53,528 nt of DNA from Candidatus Flavonifractor merdipullorum. Its GTDB lineage: Bacteria > Bacillota > Clostridia > Oscillospirales > Oscillospiraceae. Both the position numbers and the translations under genes were made by a program. The DNA lies in NCBI GenBank assembly GCA_019114165.1, contig DXGA01000106.1, positions 1 through 53,528 on the forward strand, given 5' to 3'. The notes under the pieces were generated by a model that was given only the letters and a program-made list of their open reading frames with translations, had not been told where the DNA came from and did no database searches. The stretch's first letter is position 1. Every line of letters starts with the position of its first letter. Below, piece by piece: positions 25,122-35,445 of this stretch.

Positions 25122-26396
25122 TCAGCGGATCTTCCGCGCCTCCAGGTAAAACCGTTTGTCGTGGGCCTGCCCCATGGAGAAGGTCTTGCGGGGCAGGATG
25201 CCGTCCCGGGCGATGCCGGCAAAGAAGCTTCCCTTGTCGATGGCGGGCAGGAGGAAGCCCATGCAGCCGGTACCGGCGGCCAGACTGCGCAGCACGTCTT
25301 CGCCGTGGATGTAATCCATGCCGCCGCCGTGGCGGATGAGGTAATCGTCCAGGAAGGGCTGGAGGGCAGCCAGGAGGAGATGGGTCTGGGGTCTGGGCAC
25401 GGTGAGGAACCCTTCCTGCCCGGCGGCGATGTAGTGGATGACCTGACCGGGTCCCTGTCCCTCGTAAGCGCCGTGGAAGGCTTTTTTCAGCTCGGAGAGC
25501 AGCTGCTGGGGGTCCACGCCGAAGAGGATACGGTGGATAGGCTCAAACTTCAGGCTTTCCTCCCGCAGATTGGTCAGCTCCACCATGGCATAGCGTGCGG
25601 GGAGACCGGCCCACTGACTGGGGGGCACCATGCGTTTTTGCCGCTCGTAGCACTCTTTGGCGGTGGCGAGGGAGTGGTTGCCGTCGCCCACGGCGTAGGC
25701 CATGGGCTGGCTCTGTCCGTACCGGCTGCGGAAGGTCTTGGGGTCTTCCAGCCGCCGGAGGGCGCTGGCCACCTGAGCCAGGGCTTCCTCGTCCAGCTTC
25801 CACCCGGTCAGGTGTCCCCCGTCCTCCATCAGGGAGAAGTCATAGAGCTTTTCCATCCGGTCTTTGGCGGCGGTGAGGGGGTCGAAGAGCCACGCTTCGG
25901 GGTCGTCCACCAGCACCATCACATGGGACAGTTCCAGCCGGGCGTTTTTGCGCACAGCCACTCTGGGGGGGATGCGGGCGGGTACTACCCCTTCGGTGGA
26001 GCGGATGAGGGACTGGGCGCCGGTCTCATAGTCGTAGCGTTCCAGGTCCAGCTTTCCCACCAGTCCCCGCCGGACGCCGCCTCCTCTCAGGCGGCGTTCC
26101 ACATAGATCATGGCGTTCTGGATGGGCTGGAAGCGGTCTTCCCGGAGATATCGGGTCATATTGTTGTTGACTTCCACGATATCGGTGCCCACATTGGGGC
26201 CGTCGAGGCAGCTTTCGGGCAGGACCAGCGCCAGGGTAGAGGGAGCGGTGCCCACGAACTCAGCCACGCGCTGCCAGTATTCCGGCTGGGCGGTGTACTG
26301 ATCGCAGGCAACCACCGACCAGCGCTTGAGGTCGCAGTTGCGGGGCAGCAGGAGGTCGGCGGGGGTAAAGGCAAGGCCATGAAAAAGATCGTTCAT
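25122..26396 (-). CDS. DUF1015 domain protein
   Basis: WSVVACDQYT, IRSTE, VGDGNHSLATAK, FEPIHR, LPRKTFSMG. Confidence 0.85.
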   Translation of the reverse strand: MNDLFHGLAFTPADLLLPRNCDLKRWSVVACDQYTAQPEYWQRVAEFVGTAPSTLALVLPESCLDGPNVGTDIVEVNNNMTRYLREDRFQPIQNAMIYVERRLRGGGVRRGLVGKLDLERYDYETGAQSLIRSTEGVVPARIPPRVAVRKNARLELSHVMVLVDDPEAWLFDPLTAAKDRMEKLYDFSLMEDGGHLTGWKLDEEALAQVASALRRLEDPKTFRSRYGQSQPMAYAVGDGNHSLATAKECYERQKRMVPPSQWAGLPARYAMVELTNLREESLKFEPIHRILFGVDPQQLLSELKKAFHGAYEGQGPGQVIHYIAAGQEGFLTVPRPQTHLLLAALQPFLDDYLIRHGGGMDYIHGEDVLRSLAAGTGCMGFLLPAIDKGSFFAGIARDGILPRKTFSMGQAHDKRFYLEARKIR

Positions 26397-26444
26397 AATA
26401 CTCCTCCCTTCCCAGGACAGACGGATGAAATTGTAGGTGTTGGG

Positions 26445-27047
26445 TCAGTTCATAGCCTGCCGGATGGCGGCCAGGAGCTGATCGAAGGTCTCATAGGCGG
26501 GGATGTAGGGATAATCGGCCTTGATCTGGTCGGTGCTCTTAAAGAGGAAACCGGCCTTGCTGACCTGGATCATCCCCAGGTCATTGAAGCTGTCACCGGC
26601 GGCGATGGTGTCGTAGCCGATGGACTGGAGGGCTTTGACGGTGGTCAGCTTGGACTGGGGGCAGCGCATCTGGAAGCCGGTGATGGTGCCGTCGGGGTCC
26701 ACCTCCAGGGTGTTGCAGAAGAGGGTGGGCCAGCCCAGCTTTTTCATCAGGGGCTGGGCGAACTGCTCAAAGGTATCGCTGAGGATGATGACCTGAGAGA
26801 AGGAGCGCAGCTCATCCAGGAAGGCTTTGGCCCCGGGGAGGGGGTCGATGGAAGCGATGGTCTTCTGGATCTCGGGGAGACCCAGGTGGTGCTCTTTGAG
26901 CAGGTCGATGCGGAAGCGCATGAGCTTGTCGTAATCGGGCTCGTCACGGGTGGTGCGTTTCAGCTCCGGGATACCGGCGGCCTCCGCGAAGGCGATCCAG
27001 ATCTCGGGGACCAGAACGCCCTCCATGTCCAGACAGGTAATAAACAT
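26445..27047 (-). CDS. thrH: Phosphoserine phosphatase / homoserine phosphotransferase (HAD)
   Basis: CLDMEGVLVPEIW, TTRDEPDYD, LSDTF, AAGDSFND; start ATG 27047. Confidence 0.92.
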   Translation of the reverse strand: MFITCLDMEGVLVPEIWIAFAEAAGIPELKRTTRDEPDYDKLMRFRIDLLKEHHLGLPEIQKTIASIDPLPGAKAFLDELRSFSQVIILSDTFEQFAQPLMKKLGWPTLFCNTLEVDPDGTITGFQMRCPQSKLTTVKALQSIGYDTIAAGDSFNDLGMIQVSKAGFLFKSTDQIKADYPYIPAYETFDQLLAAIRQAMN

Positions 27048-27061
27048 GGTGCCCCTCCTTT

Positions 27062-28255
27062 TTAGTTGCCTTGTTCTCTGGCCTGTTTTTTGCGCAGGTT
27101 GTTGAGGAAGTTGTCCATACGGGTGAGGGCCTCGGCGATGTCCTTCATGCTGGTGGCGTAGCAACAGCGGACGAAGCCCTCGCCGCCGGGTCCGAAGGCG
27201 TTGCCGGCGATGACAGCCACCTTTTCCTCCATGAGGAAGCGCTCGCAGAACTCCTCGGAGGACAGTCCGGTGGGCCGGATGTCGGGGAAGACATAGAAAG
27301 CGCCCTTGGGCTCGAAGCAGGGCAGTCCGATGCGGCGAAGGCCCTCCACCAGGTAACGGCGGCGGCCGTCGTACTCGTCCCGCATCTTTTCGATGTCGTG
27401 GTCACCGTTGCGCATGGCCTCGATGGCAGCGTACTGGCTGGTAGTGGGGGCGGACATGATGCCGAACTGATGGAGCTTGAGCATCTGGGTGACGATGGGA
27501 GCGGGTCCGCAGACGTATCCCATACGCCAGCCGGTCATGGCGTGGCTCTTGGAGAAGCCGTTGACCACGATGGTGCGCTCTTTGAGCTGGGGCAGGTTGG
27601 CGGGGGAAACGTGGTGCTGACCGTAGGTGAGCTCGGCGTAGATCTCGTCGGAGATGACCATGATGTCGGTGCCTTCCAGCACTTCGGCAATGGCCTCCAG
27701 ATCCTTGCGCTCCATGATGCCGCCGGTGGGGTTATTGGGGAAGGGCAGCACCAGCACCTTGGTCTTGGGGGTGATGGCGGCGCGGAGCTCCTCGGGGGTG
27801 AGGCGGAACTCGTTCTCCGCCTTGGTCTCCACATAGACGGGGGTACCGCCGGCCATCAGGGCCAGAGGACCATAGCAGACGAAGGAGGGCACGGGGACGA
27901 TGACCTCGTCGCCGGGGTTGAGGAGGCAGCGGAGGGCCAGGTCGATGGCCTCGCTGCCGCCCACGGTGACGATGATCTCGTGGGCGAAATCGTACTGAAG
28001 GTCAAAGCGGCGATTGAGGTAGGCGGCGATCTCCCGGCGGAGTTCGGCCATACCGGCGTTGGAGGTATACTTGGTAAAGCCCTTTTCCAGGGAATAGATA
28101 CCGGCGTCGCGGATGTGCCAGGGGGTGACGAAATCGGGCTCGCCGATGCCCAGGGAGATGGCGTCTTTCATCTCCTCCAGGATGTCGAAGAATTTACGGA
28201 TACCGGAAGGCTGGACCTGTTGGATCCGGCTGGAAATCAGGTTTTCATAGTTCAT
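27062..28255 (-). CDS. Class I/II PLP-dependent aminotransferase
   Basis: SGIRKFFD, GEPDF, PNNPTG, SDEIY, GFSKSHAMTGWR, PKGAFY. Confidence 0.93.
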   Translation of the reverse strand: MNYENLISSRIQQVQPSGIRKFFDILEEMKDAISLGIGEPDFVTPWHIRDAGIYSLEKGFTKYTSNAGMAELRREIAAYLNRRFDLQYDFAHEIIVTVGGSEAIDLALRCLLNPGDEVIVPVPSFVCYGPLALMAGGTPVYVETKAENEFRLTPEELRAAITPKTKVLVLPFPNNPTGGIMERKDLEAIAEVLEGTDIMVISDEIYAELTYGQHHVSPANLPQLKERTIVVNGFSKSHAMTGWRMGYVCGPAPIVTQMLKLHQFGIMSAPTTSQYAAIEAMRNGDHDIEKMRDEYDGRRRYLVEGLRRIGLPCFEPKGAFYVFPDIRPTGLSSEEFCERFLMEEKVAVIAGNAFGPGGEGFVRCCYATSMKDIAEALTRMDNFLNNLRKKQAREQGN

Positions 28256-28731
28256 ACGAAGATCCACTCCCTCTCCTGTTCCTCACGCTTTTCAAAGATG
28301 AGGTGCTTTTCCTTGTATTTTTTGAGGATGAAGTGGGTTGCGGTGCCGGTCACGCCCTCCAGAGTTGCCAGGCGCTGACCCACGAACTGGGCCACTTCCT
28401 TGAGGGTGCGGCCGGAGATGATGACGGTGAGGTCGAAGGCGCCGGACATGAGGTAGACGCTCTCCACCTCGTCGTACTGGTAAATGCGCTCGGCGACCCG
28501 GTCAAAACCTTCGTTGCGCTGGGGGGTGACTTTGACTTCGATGAGTGCGGTGACGCTTTCCCGGTCGGTGCGGTCCCAGTCCACGATAGCCTTGTAGCCC
28601 AGGACGACTTTATCCTCCTCGTAAGCGCGGATGGCAGCCTTGACTTCCTCGGCCGACATACCGGACATGGAGGCCAGCTGCTCGGTGGTGAGGGTGCAGT
28701 CCTCCTCCAGCAGTTGCAGCAGTTTTTTCAT
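28252..28731 (-). CDS. Lrp/AsnC family transcriptional regulator
   Basis: N-terminal HTH, VYLMSGAFDL, TATHFILKKYK; overlaps the aminotransferase start. Confidence 0.9.
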   Translation of the reverse strand: MKKLLQLLEEDCTLTTEQLASMSGMSAEEVKAAIRAYEEDKVVLGYKAIVDWDRTDRESVTALIEVKVTPQRNEGFDRVAERIYQYDEVESVYLMSGAFDLTVIISGRTLKEVAQFVGQRLATLEGVTGTATHFILKKYKEKHLIFEKREEQEREWIFV

Positions 28732-28941
28732 AATATCGCTCTCCTCCTTATTGGGGTGATGAACTTCAGGTTATGATTTCTTTATTATACTCCCTGGCGG
28801 GTCCGTAATACAATACTTTGCCTGTCTAAAGCAAAGAAGACGCGCAGAATGCACAAAACAAAAAGACGGTTTTAACTAAAATTGTAAAATATGCGCAACA
28901 GGCTCACCGGACACCGGCGAGCCTGTTGTAGTGGGAAGGAT

Positions 28942-29514
28942 TCAAAGGGAATAAGTTCTCTCACAGCGGGCGCGGATCATGGCCTGAATGGATTTGAGAT
29001 CGGCGAAGGTCTCAGGCCGTTTACCGGGGTCGCGGAGGAGGGCGGCGGGGTGGTAGATGGCGGTCATCATGACCCCTGCCTTTTCCACCCATTGGCCGTG
29101 TTCTTTGGTGATCTTATAGTCGGAGTGGATCAGGCGGCCCGCGGCGATCCTGCCCAGACAGACGATGATCTTGGGCCGGATGAGGGCCACCTGATTGCGG
29201 AGGTAGCCGATGCAGGCCTCCTGCTCGGTGTTGAGGGGGTCCCGGTTTCCGGGAGGACGGCACTTGACCATGTTGCCGATAAAGACCCGTTCCCGGCTCA
29301 GGTCGATCATCTCCATCATCTGATCCAGAAACTGGCCGCCCCGACCGACGAAGGGCCGTCCGGAGAGGTCTTCCTGCTCGCCGGGTCCCTCGCCGATGAA
29401 CATGACCTCGGCGTCTCTGGGCCCTTCTCCGAAGACCACGTTGGTGCGGGTCTGGGCCAGCGGGCAGCGCTGGCAATGCATGCAGGCGTCATAGAGCTGC
29501 TCCCAGTTGAGCAT
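28942..29514 (-). CDS. Uracil-DNA glycosylase, family 4
   Basis: [30 protein letters not shown]. Confidence 0.93.
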   Translation of the reverse strand: MLNWEQLYDACMHCQRCPLAQTRTNVVFGEGPRDAEVMFIGEGPGEQEDLSGRPFVGRGGQFLDQMMEMIDLSRERVFIGNMVKCRPPGNRDPLNTEQEACIGYLRNQVALIRPKIIVCLGRIAAGRLIHSDYKITKEHGQWVEKAGVMMTAIYHPAALLRDPGKRPETFADLKSIQAMIRARCERTYSL

Positions 29515-29575
29515 CGGTCCCCCTCCTTTCCGGTGTTTTGGTTATTATAGCACAAAACTGTCCGGAGGAAAAGGT

Positions 29576-30976
29576 TCAGTGCTGGGGCAGACGGTTTTCC
29601 TCCCCCTTATGGATGCGGACCACCAGGCTGGAGAGAGCCACCAGGGCGATCAGGTTGGGCAGGACCATGATGCCGTTGAAGAAGTCGGCCATGTTCCACA
29701 CCAGGTCCAGCTTGAGGCAGGAGCCGATGATGATGCACACCACCACGATGGCGGCGTAGATCTTGACGGCCTTCTGGCCCAAGAGGTAGCGGACGTTCTG
29801 CTCGCCGAAGAAGTACCAGCCGATGATGGTGGAGAAGGCGAAGAAGAGCATGCAGATGGCCACGAAGGCGTTGCCGAAGGAGCCGTAGAGGCTGCTGAAG
29901 GCGGTCTGCGCCAGGGCGGTACCCTCGGTGCCGGTGGCCACGGCGTTGGTGGTGAGCATCACCAGGGCGGTGAGGGTGAGGACGATAAAGGTGTCGATGA
30001 ACACGCCGATCATAGCCACCACGCCCTGATCCTGGGGCTTATCCACCTTGGCGATGGCGTGGGCGTGGGGGGTGGAGCCCATACCGGCCTCGTTGGAGAA
30101 GAGGCCGCGGGCCACGCCGTAGCGCATGGCCTCCCGCATGGTGATACCGGCGGCGCCGCCCAGCACGGCCTGGGGATTAAAGGCGCCCTGGAAGATGTGG
30201 GCGAAGGTGGCGGGGATGTTCTGCCAGTTGGCAATGATAACGATGAGGCTGCCCACGATATAAATGCCGGCCATCAGGGGAACGATCTTTTCGGTGACCG
30301 AGGCGATGCGCTTGACGCCGCCCAGGAAGATGAAGGCGGCCACAGCGGCGACCACGATGCCCACAGCGATCTTGGGCATACCAAAGGCGGTATAGAAGGC
30401 GTCGCTGATGGAGTTGGACTGGACCATATTGCCCATGAAGCCCAGGGCCAGGATGAGGGCCACGGAGAAGAAGCCGGCCAGGAACTTACCGAACTTATTC
30501 TGGAAGGCGGCGCGGATGTAGTAGACGGGACCGCCCACCACGTGGCCGTTTTCGTCCTTGGTCTTGAAGTGCTGGGCCAGGATGGCCTCGGCGTAGATGG
30601 TGGCCATGCCGAAGAAGGCAGCCACCCACATCCAGAAGATGGCGCCGGGACCGCCGGAGACCAGCGCCGTGGCGCAGCCGGTGATGTTGCCGGTACCCAC
30701 CTGAGCGGCGATGGCGGTAGCCAGAGCCTGGAAGGAACTCATGCCGTCCTTGCTGGCCTTTTTGCCGAAGAGGTTGAAGCCGCCGAAGAGTCGGCGGAAG
30801 CCCTCACCGAACTTGCGTACCTGCACGAAGCCCAGCCGCAGGGTAAAGAAGATACCGCCCAGCACCAGCACATAGATGAGAATGTTGTCCCACACAAAGT
30901 CGCTGGCGATCTTGACGACACCGGCCAGCTGATCCGATGCCGTCACCAGGCTGTCCCAAATCTGATCCAAATCCAT
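29576..30976 (-). CDS. Alanine/glycine:cation symporter (AGCS family)
   Basis: AQVGTGNI, GGPGAIFWMW, GGPVYY, RGLFSNEAGMGS, FAFSTIIGW; start at ATG 30976. Confidence 0.94.
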   Translation of the reverse strand: MDLDQIWDSLVTASDQLAGVVKIASDFVWDNILIYVLVLGGIFFTLRLGFVQVRKFGEGFRRLFGGFNLFGKKASKDGMSSFQALATAIAAQVGTGNITGCATALVSGGPGAIFWMWVAAFFGMATIYAEAILAQHFKTKDENGHVVGGPVYYIRAAFQNKFGKFLAGFFSVALILALGFMGNMVQSNSISDAFYTAFGMPKIAVGIVVAAVAAFIFLGGVKRIASVTEKIVPLMAGIYIVGSLIVIIANWQNIPATFAHIFQGAFNPQAVLGGAAGITMREAMRYGVARGLFSNEAGMGSTPHAHAIAKVDKPQDQGVVAMIGVFIDTFIVLTLTALVMLTTNAVATGTEGTALAQTAFSSLYGSFGNAFVAICMLFFAFSTIIGWYFFGEQNVRYLLGQKAVKIYAAIVVVCIIIGSCLKLDLVWNMADFFNGIMVLPNLIALVALSSLVVRIHKGEENRLPQH

Positions 30977-31065
30977 TGCAAACGCTCCCTTTCTCTTTTC
31001 CGGAGGAGACCCTGTGTGCCCGCATATGGCGCACGCACGCACTCCCACCATGGACAAAAGAGCGT

Positions 31066-31096
31066 AAAAAAAAGCCGGTCCCAAATCGGTCCGGCT
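31066..31096 (-). terminator. Leader terminator (riboswitch expression platform)
   Basis: AGCCGGACC-GATTTG-GGACCGGCT stem with one mismatch, followed by T8, between the aptamer and the symporter start. Confidence 0.75.
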
Positions 31097-31127
31097 CTGA
31101 TCTGACCACAAAAAACGGTCGTTTCCT

Positions 31128-31252
31128 CTCTGTCCTTTTGCCTGAGAGATCGGCGCGTACGCCTTACACCTTCGGCACCCGAAACCGGGTTTCTCCAGAG
31201 CCTTTGCCGTCAGCCAGCGACACACGTACGCCAGCGGCGGTCTTTTCACTGT
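31128..31252 (-). ncRNA. Glycine riboswitch (single aptamer with 5' accessory helix)
   Basis: CTCTGGAGA...GCCGAAGG.GTAA...CTCTCAGGCAAAAGGACAGAG (31200-31128) upstream of an AGCS symporter. Confidence 0.92.
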
Positions 31253-31259
31253 GAGCACT

Positions 31260-31288
31260 ATCATAGCCCATCTTTCGCCCGCCGTCAA
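31260..31288 (-). promoter_or_regulatory. Sigma-A promoter of the riboswitch leader
   Basis: TTGACG-N17-TATGAT. Confidence 0.75.
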
Positions 31289-31298
31289 GGAAAAGTTT

Positions 31299-32123
31299 CT
31301 AAACCGAATGGTTTTTGTTTTCCTCCAGCAGGGAAAGAATGGCGGCGGCGGCGCCGTTTTCGGCGTTGGAGCCGGTGACACGCTTGGCCTGCTTTTTGAC
31401 GTAATCAGGTGCGTTTCCCATGGCGATGGACATGGAAACGGCGGAAAATAGGCCCAGATCGTTGTCGCTGTCGCCGATGCCGGCGGTCTCCTCCATGGGG
31501 ATGTCCAGCATCTCGGCCAGGGCCTGGAGGGCGGTGCCCTTATCCACTCCCTTGGGGAGGATCTCGATGTTGTTCCATCCGGAGGAGGTAAGGCACAAAC
31601 CGTCTAACCCTTCCAGATGGGGAGCCACCTGGGAAAACTGGTCCAGGTCGTCGGTCTGGGCGTAAATCTTGTTCACCGGCAGGTCATTTCCAGCCAGAAA
31701 GGCGGGAAGATGTTCCACAACTTCTTTGTATTTGTGGAATCCCGGGGCTTCATAGGCCTGAAACATCTCGTCTCCCCGGCGGTCCACCACCAGTCCGTCG
31801 CCCACGAAGACCATCATGCCGAAGCCGTGGGTTTCCAGGGCGGACATCGCGGCAAGGGCCTGTTCTCTGGGGAGGGTCCAGCGGCGGAGGTTGCGCTGTT
31901 GGGCACAGTCGGCCACGGTGGCGCCCCCCTGACAGACCATGAGGGAGTCACAGCCGGAGAGGGGGACCAGGTGTTCGGCCTCCTGCCAGGAGCGTCCGGT
32001 GGCCAGGACCACACGGACGCCCTGTTCTCTGGCCTTTGTGATGGCGGCTTTTGTCTCGGGGGTCACCCTCCACTGGGGATTCAGCAGGGTGCCGTCCACA
32101 TCCAGGGCAATGAGTCGGTACAT
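31299..32123 (-). CDS. Cof-type HAD-IIB hydrolase
   Basis: ALDVDGTLL, LATGR, VDKG, GDSDND, AMGNA; start ATG 32123. Confidence 0.93.
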   Translation of the reverse strand: MYRLIALDVDGTLLNPQWRVTPETKAAITKAREQGVRVVLATGRSWQEAEHLVPLSGCDSLMVCQGGATVADCAQQRNLRRWTLPREQALAAMSALETHGFGMMVFVGDGLVVDRRGDEMFQAYEAPGFHKYKEVVEHLPAFLAGNDLPVNKIYAQTDDLDQFSQVAPHLEGLDGLCLTSSGWNNIEILPKGVDKGTALQALAEMLDIPMEETAGIGDSDNDLGLFSAVSMSIAMGNAPDYVKKQAKRVTGSNAENGAAAAILSLLEENKNHSV

Positions 32124-32191
32124 ATCGATCTCCTTTTGACAAGCTGGGACCGCCCTGTAAAAAGGACGGTCCCAGCGGAATAATACGAAAA

Positions 32192-35100
32192 TCAGAGCAT
32201 GGAATAGAGCAGTTTGGCCACTTCGGCCCGGGTAATGGGGTTGTTGGGGTTGATGCGGTTCTGATAGCCGCTGACGATACCCTGGGCCACCAGGGTCTCC
32301 ACATAGGGCAAGGCCCAGCTTCCCACGCTGGAAGCGTCGGTGAAGGTGAGGGGCGCGGTGGCATAGCCCTTGGCCTGGGTGCGGCCCAGCACGGTCATGA
32401 CCTCCACCCGGGTGATGGAGGCGTTGGGATTGGCCAGCAGGGAGCCGTCGGCCCCGGCGGTGCCCTGAAGGATGCCCAGGGCATACATGGCCTTGATCTC
32501 GGAGCGGCACCAATCGGGGATGGCGTCGGCGTCAGCGAAGGGCAGTTCGGTATCGGCATAGAGGGAGAGGTCCAGACCCATCCAGCGGGCGGTCATGGCG
32601 AAGAACTCGCCCCGGCTGATGTTGCGGTCGGGCTGGAAGAGGAGGGCGCCGTCAGCGCCGCCCACGCCGTTGGTGACGCTGTGCTCGTAGAGGTATCCGG
32701 CATAGGTGGCGGCCCAATGGTCGTCCATGTCGGAGAAGGTACCGGCGGTGACGGAGGAGGCCACGTCAGCGGAGCCCCGGCCCAGGTTGCCGCTGGCGTC
32801 CCGGACGGTGACGGTGACCCGGTGGGCCTTGCCGTCGGAGAGGTTCAGGTTGGCGGTGAGGGCGCTGGCGCCTTCGTTCCAGCTGCCGTTTGTCTCCACG
32901 CCGTCTACGGTGAGGACCACCTGTTCACTGGAGAAGGTGCGGTCCAGATCGTCGCTGACCACGGCGGTGAGCTGACTGCCGGATAAGGTCATCTTGACGG
33001 TAGGGGGGGTAATATCCTGGATCTCCTGATTGGCAGAGGTGATCTGATCGATCCAGAGGGTACCCTCGGTCTGATCGGTGCCGCAGAGGATCTCAAAGCC
33101 GGTGATCTGGGTGGTGCCGCTGGGCAGCTGGAGCATGGTCCACTGCCAGTCGGTGTGGTTGAGTCCGGTGACGGTGTGGACTTCCTGTTCACCGTCGGCA
33201 TTGGTGGTGTAGACGCTCAGGCTGTTGTCCGAGCCGTCGCCCTTCACCCACAGGCCCACATACCGCTCGCCCTGAGGCAGCGTGAGGGCGCTGGAGAGGG
33301 ATGCCTTGCCCTCCTGAGTGGTGTAGTCCATGCGCAGACAGGCCGAACCCAGTTTGACGTTGGCCTGGTTTTCTTCCATGGTCAGCTGCACGGTCTCGCT
33401 GGGCATGATGGTGGCCGGTCCCTCCTCCTCGAAGGACTCCAGCGTGCTGATGTGACCGGCCACGTTGACCTGGATGGTGACCTGCTTGCCGCCGGCGGAG
33501 ACGGTGATGGAGCCTACGCCTTTGTCGTCCGAGGCGGTAAAGACGCCGTTTGCGTCGATGGTGCCGATGTTGGAGGCACACTTCCAGGTGTAACAGGTAT
33601 CCTGACTGACCAAAGCGAGGTTCCGGTATTTGGCGCTGGCGTTGAGGTCCACCTGTTCGCCGGGGCTGAGACTGAGGGTGGTGACGGCCGCGCCGGTGTC
33701 GGCTCTGGAGACGGTGATGGTATCGGGGGATTGGATGACGGTCACCGAAGCGGAGCCTTCATACCGTCCATCGCTGGCGGCCACTTCCGTGATGCCCCCC
33801 TCGCTTCCGGCGGTGAAGAGGCCGTCGGCGGTGATGGTGCCGTCTCCGTTGCGCAGGGAGTAAAGGAGTTCAGCTTCCTCCTCGGTCTCCATGGGGAAGT
33901 AGGCGGTATCCAGCGGTGTGGCGGAGAACTGGACCGAAGCGCCGGAGAGGAGGATATTGTCTCTGGGTTCCAGATAATAGCTGCCCAGCTCGCCGGTGGG
34001 CTGGAGGTCGGTGGTGAGGAAGATGGCGGTGGAGTTGGAGCGCTGGGTGCCCTCAGAGGGCTTATTTTGAATTTCCATGCTGTCTTCCACGGGGTAAGTA
34101 GCGCCCAGAGTGGTAGAGCCGCCGCCGTCCAGAGCCACGGCCTGAACGCAGCCCAGCTCGATGAGGCGCTTTGCGGTCTGCTCCAGGGTACAGCCCACGC
34201 TGTACCCGGCCTGACCGCCGTCCAGGGTGTAGAAAATGACGCTGCCGTCCTCTTTGATGCCGATGGCGGTGCGTGCGGTCCTGGTGTTGGCATTGCTGTC
34301 GTTCTGGAAGGTGGAATAATCCACCTGGCCGTTATTCACCAGACGGCTGGGCGCGCCGGTGGCGGAGACGGCCTGCGCCCAGTTGTTGGTAGTGTCCTTG
34401 CTGGTAAAGTCCACCTCCACGGTGTCGCCGGGCTTGAGGGCTTTGAGCGGGTCGGTCCACATGGTACCGCTCTGGTTGTTGACGGTGAGGATGTACTTAC
34501 CGGCGGGGATGGAGATGGAGCCGGTGGATTCCAGCACCTGCTCGACCGTAAAGGTCATCCGTCCGCCGATAACGGGCTGATCGGAGCGGGTGACCTGGGT
34601 GCCGTCGGCCCGGGTGACGGTGTCGCCCAGATTGTCGGTCACGGGGGTGAGGATGACGTCCACACCGGGGCTGGTGTTCTGGGTGGTGGTGGCGAAGTCG
34701 CTGTTCATGAGGGTGTAGGAGCTGCTGCCGTTGCGGATCTTGTTAAAGCCTCCGGCCACCATGTAGGTCTGACCGCCGAAGGTAGCCTGAATGGAGATGG
34801 CGGGCTTTCCGATGAAGGCGGTGCCGTCGGCCCGGAAGCCCACGGCCCAGTACCACGCGCCGCTGCCCAGGGAGCTGTCGGCGGAGTAGGCGGAGCGGAG
34901 GACGCCGTCGGTGATGACGATGCCGTTGGGCGCGCCGGTGGAGAAGGCGTAGTAATCGCCGTTGATGCCGCCCACCACCCGGTCGCCCTGCTGTTCCAGG
35001 GTCTTGGCCATGCCGGAGAGGGTGTCTCTGCTGATGATGGTGTTGCCGTAGGCCACGGTGGGGACCACGTCGCTGTTGGGGGCGTAAGTGAGGAAATGTT

Positions 35101-35284
35101 CGGTGCGCAGGTCGGAATATGTATCGCTCCAGAACTGGCCCTTGGTGATGCCGGTGCCCACCGAGAGGTCGGTACTGGTGGCGTGCAGGTCGTGTCCGAG
35201 TGCCACGGAGGCCTGCGCGGCGGGGCCCATGACAAGGGTGAGGGCCAACGCGGCGGACAAGATCTGCCGGATGGATGTTTTCAT
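32192..35284 (-). CDS. Secreted S-layer-anchored protein with phosphodiester glycosidase (NAGPA/DUF2233-like) domain, Ig-like domains and three SLH repeats
   Basis: Signal peptide; GINGDY, ARTAIG, ALDGGGS; SLH motifs ISRGEF, ITRVEV, ITRAEV. Confidence 0.87.
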   Translation of the reverse strand: MKTSIRQILSAALALTLVMGPAAQASVALGHDLHATSTDLSVGTGITKGQFWSDTYSDLRTEHFLTYAPNSDVVPTVAYGNTIISRDTLSGMAKTLEQQGDRVVGGINGDYYAFSTGAPNGIVITDGVLRSAYSADSSLGSGAWYWAVGFRADGTAFIGKPAISIQATFGGQTYMVAGGFNKIRNGSSSYTLMNSDFATTTQNTSPGVDVILTPVTDNLGDTVTRADGTQVTRSDQPVIGGRMTFTVEQVLESTGSISIPAGKYILTVNNQSGTMWTDPLKALKPGDTVEVDFTSKDTTNNWAQAVSATGAPSRLVNNGQVDYSTFQNDSNANTRTARTAIGIKEDGSVIFYTLDGGQAGYSVGCTLEQTAKRLIELGCVQAVALDGGGSTTLGATYPVEDSMEIQNKPSEGTQRSNSTAIFLTTDLQPTGELGSYYLEPRDNILLSGASVQFSATPLDTAYFPMETEEEAELLYSLRNGDGTITADGLFTAGSEGGITEVAASDGRYEGSASVTVIQSPDTITVSRADTGAAVTTLSLSPGEQVDLNASAKYRNLALVSQDTCYTWKCASNIGTIDANGVFTASDDKGVGSITVSAGGKQVTIQVNVAGHISTLESFEEEGPATIMPSETVQLTMEENQANVKLGSACLRMDYTTQEGKASLSSALTLPQGERYVGLWVKGDGSDNSLSVYTTNADGEQEVHTVTGLNHTDWQWTMLQLPSGTTQITGFEILCGTDQTEGTLWIDQITSANQEIQDITPPTVKMTLSGSQLTAVVSDDLDRTFSSEQVVLTVDGVETNGSWNEGASALTANLNLSDGKAHRVTVTVRDASGNLGRGSADVASSVTAGTFSDMDDHWAATYAGYLYEHSVTNGVGGADGALLFQPDRNISRGEFFAMTARWMGLDLSLYADTELPFADADAIPDWCRSEIKAMYALGILQGTAGADGSLLANPNASITRVEVMTVLGRTQAKGYATAPLTFTDASSVGSWALPYVETLVAQGIVSGYQNRINPNNPITRAEVAKLLYSML

Positions 35285-35445
35285 GATCGAGGTACCTCCA
35301 TTAAAATCTGGCCCGGGGGAAGGGCAAAAAGACGCCCGGCCCCACTGGGCCGGGCGTTGAGAAACGACAGCTCACAGAGCTTGTCCCCTATGGTAACACA
35401 AACCGCCGGACTTGTAAACAGGAAGGGAAAAAGAGACCGTTTCTG

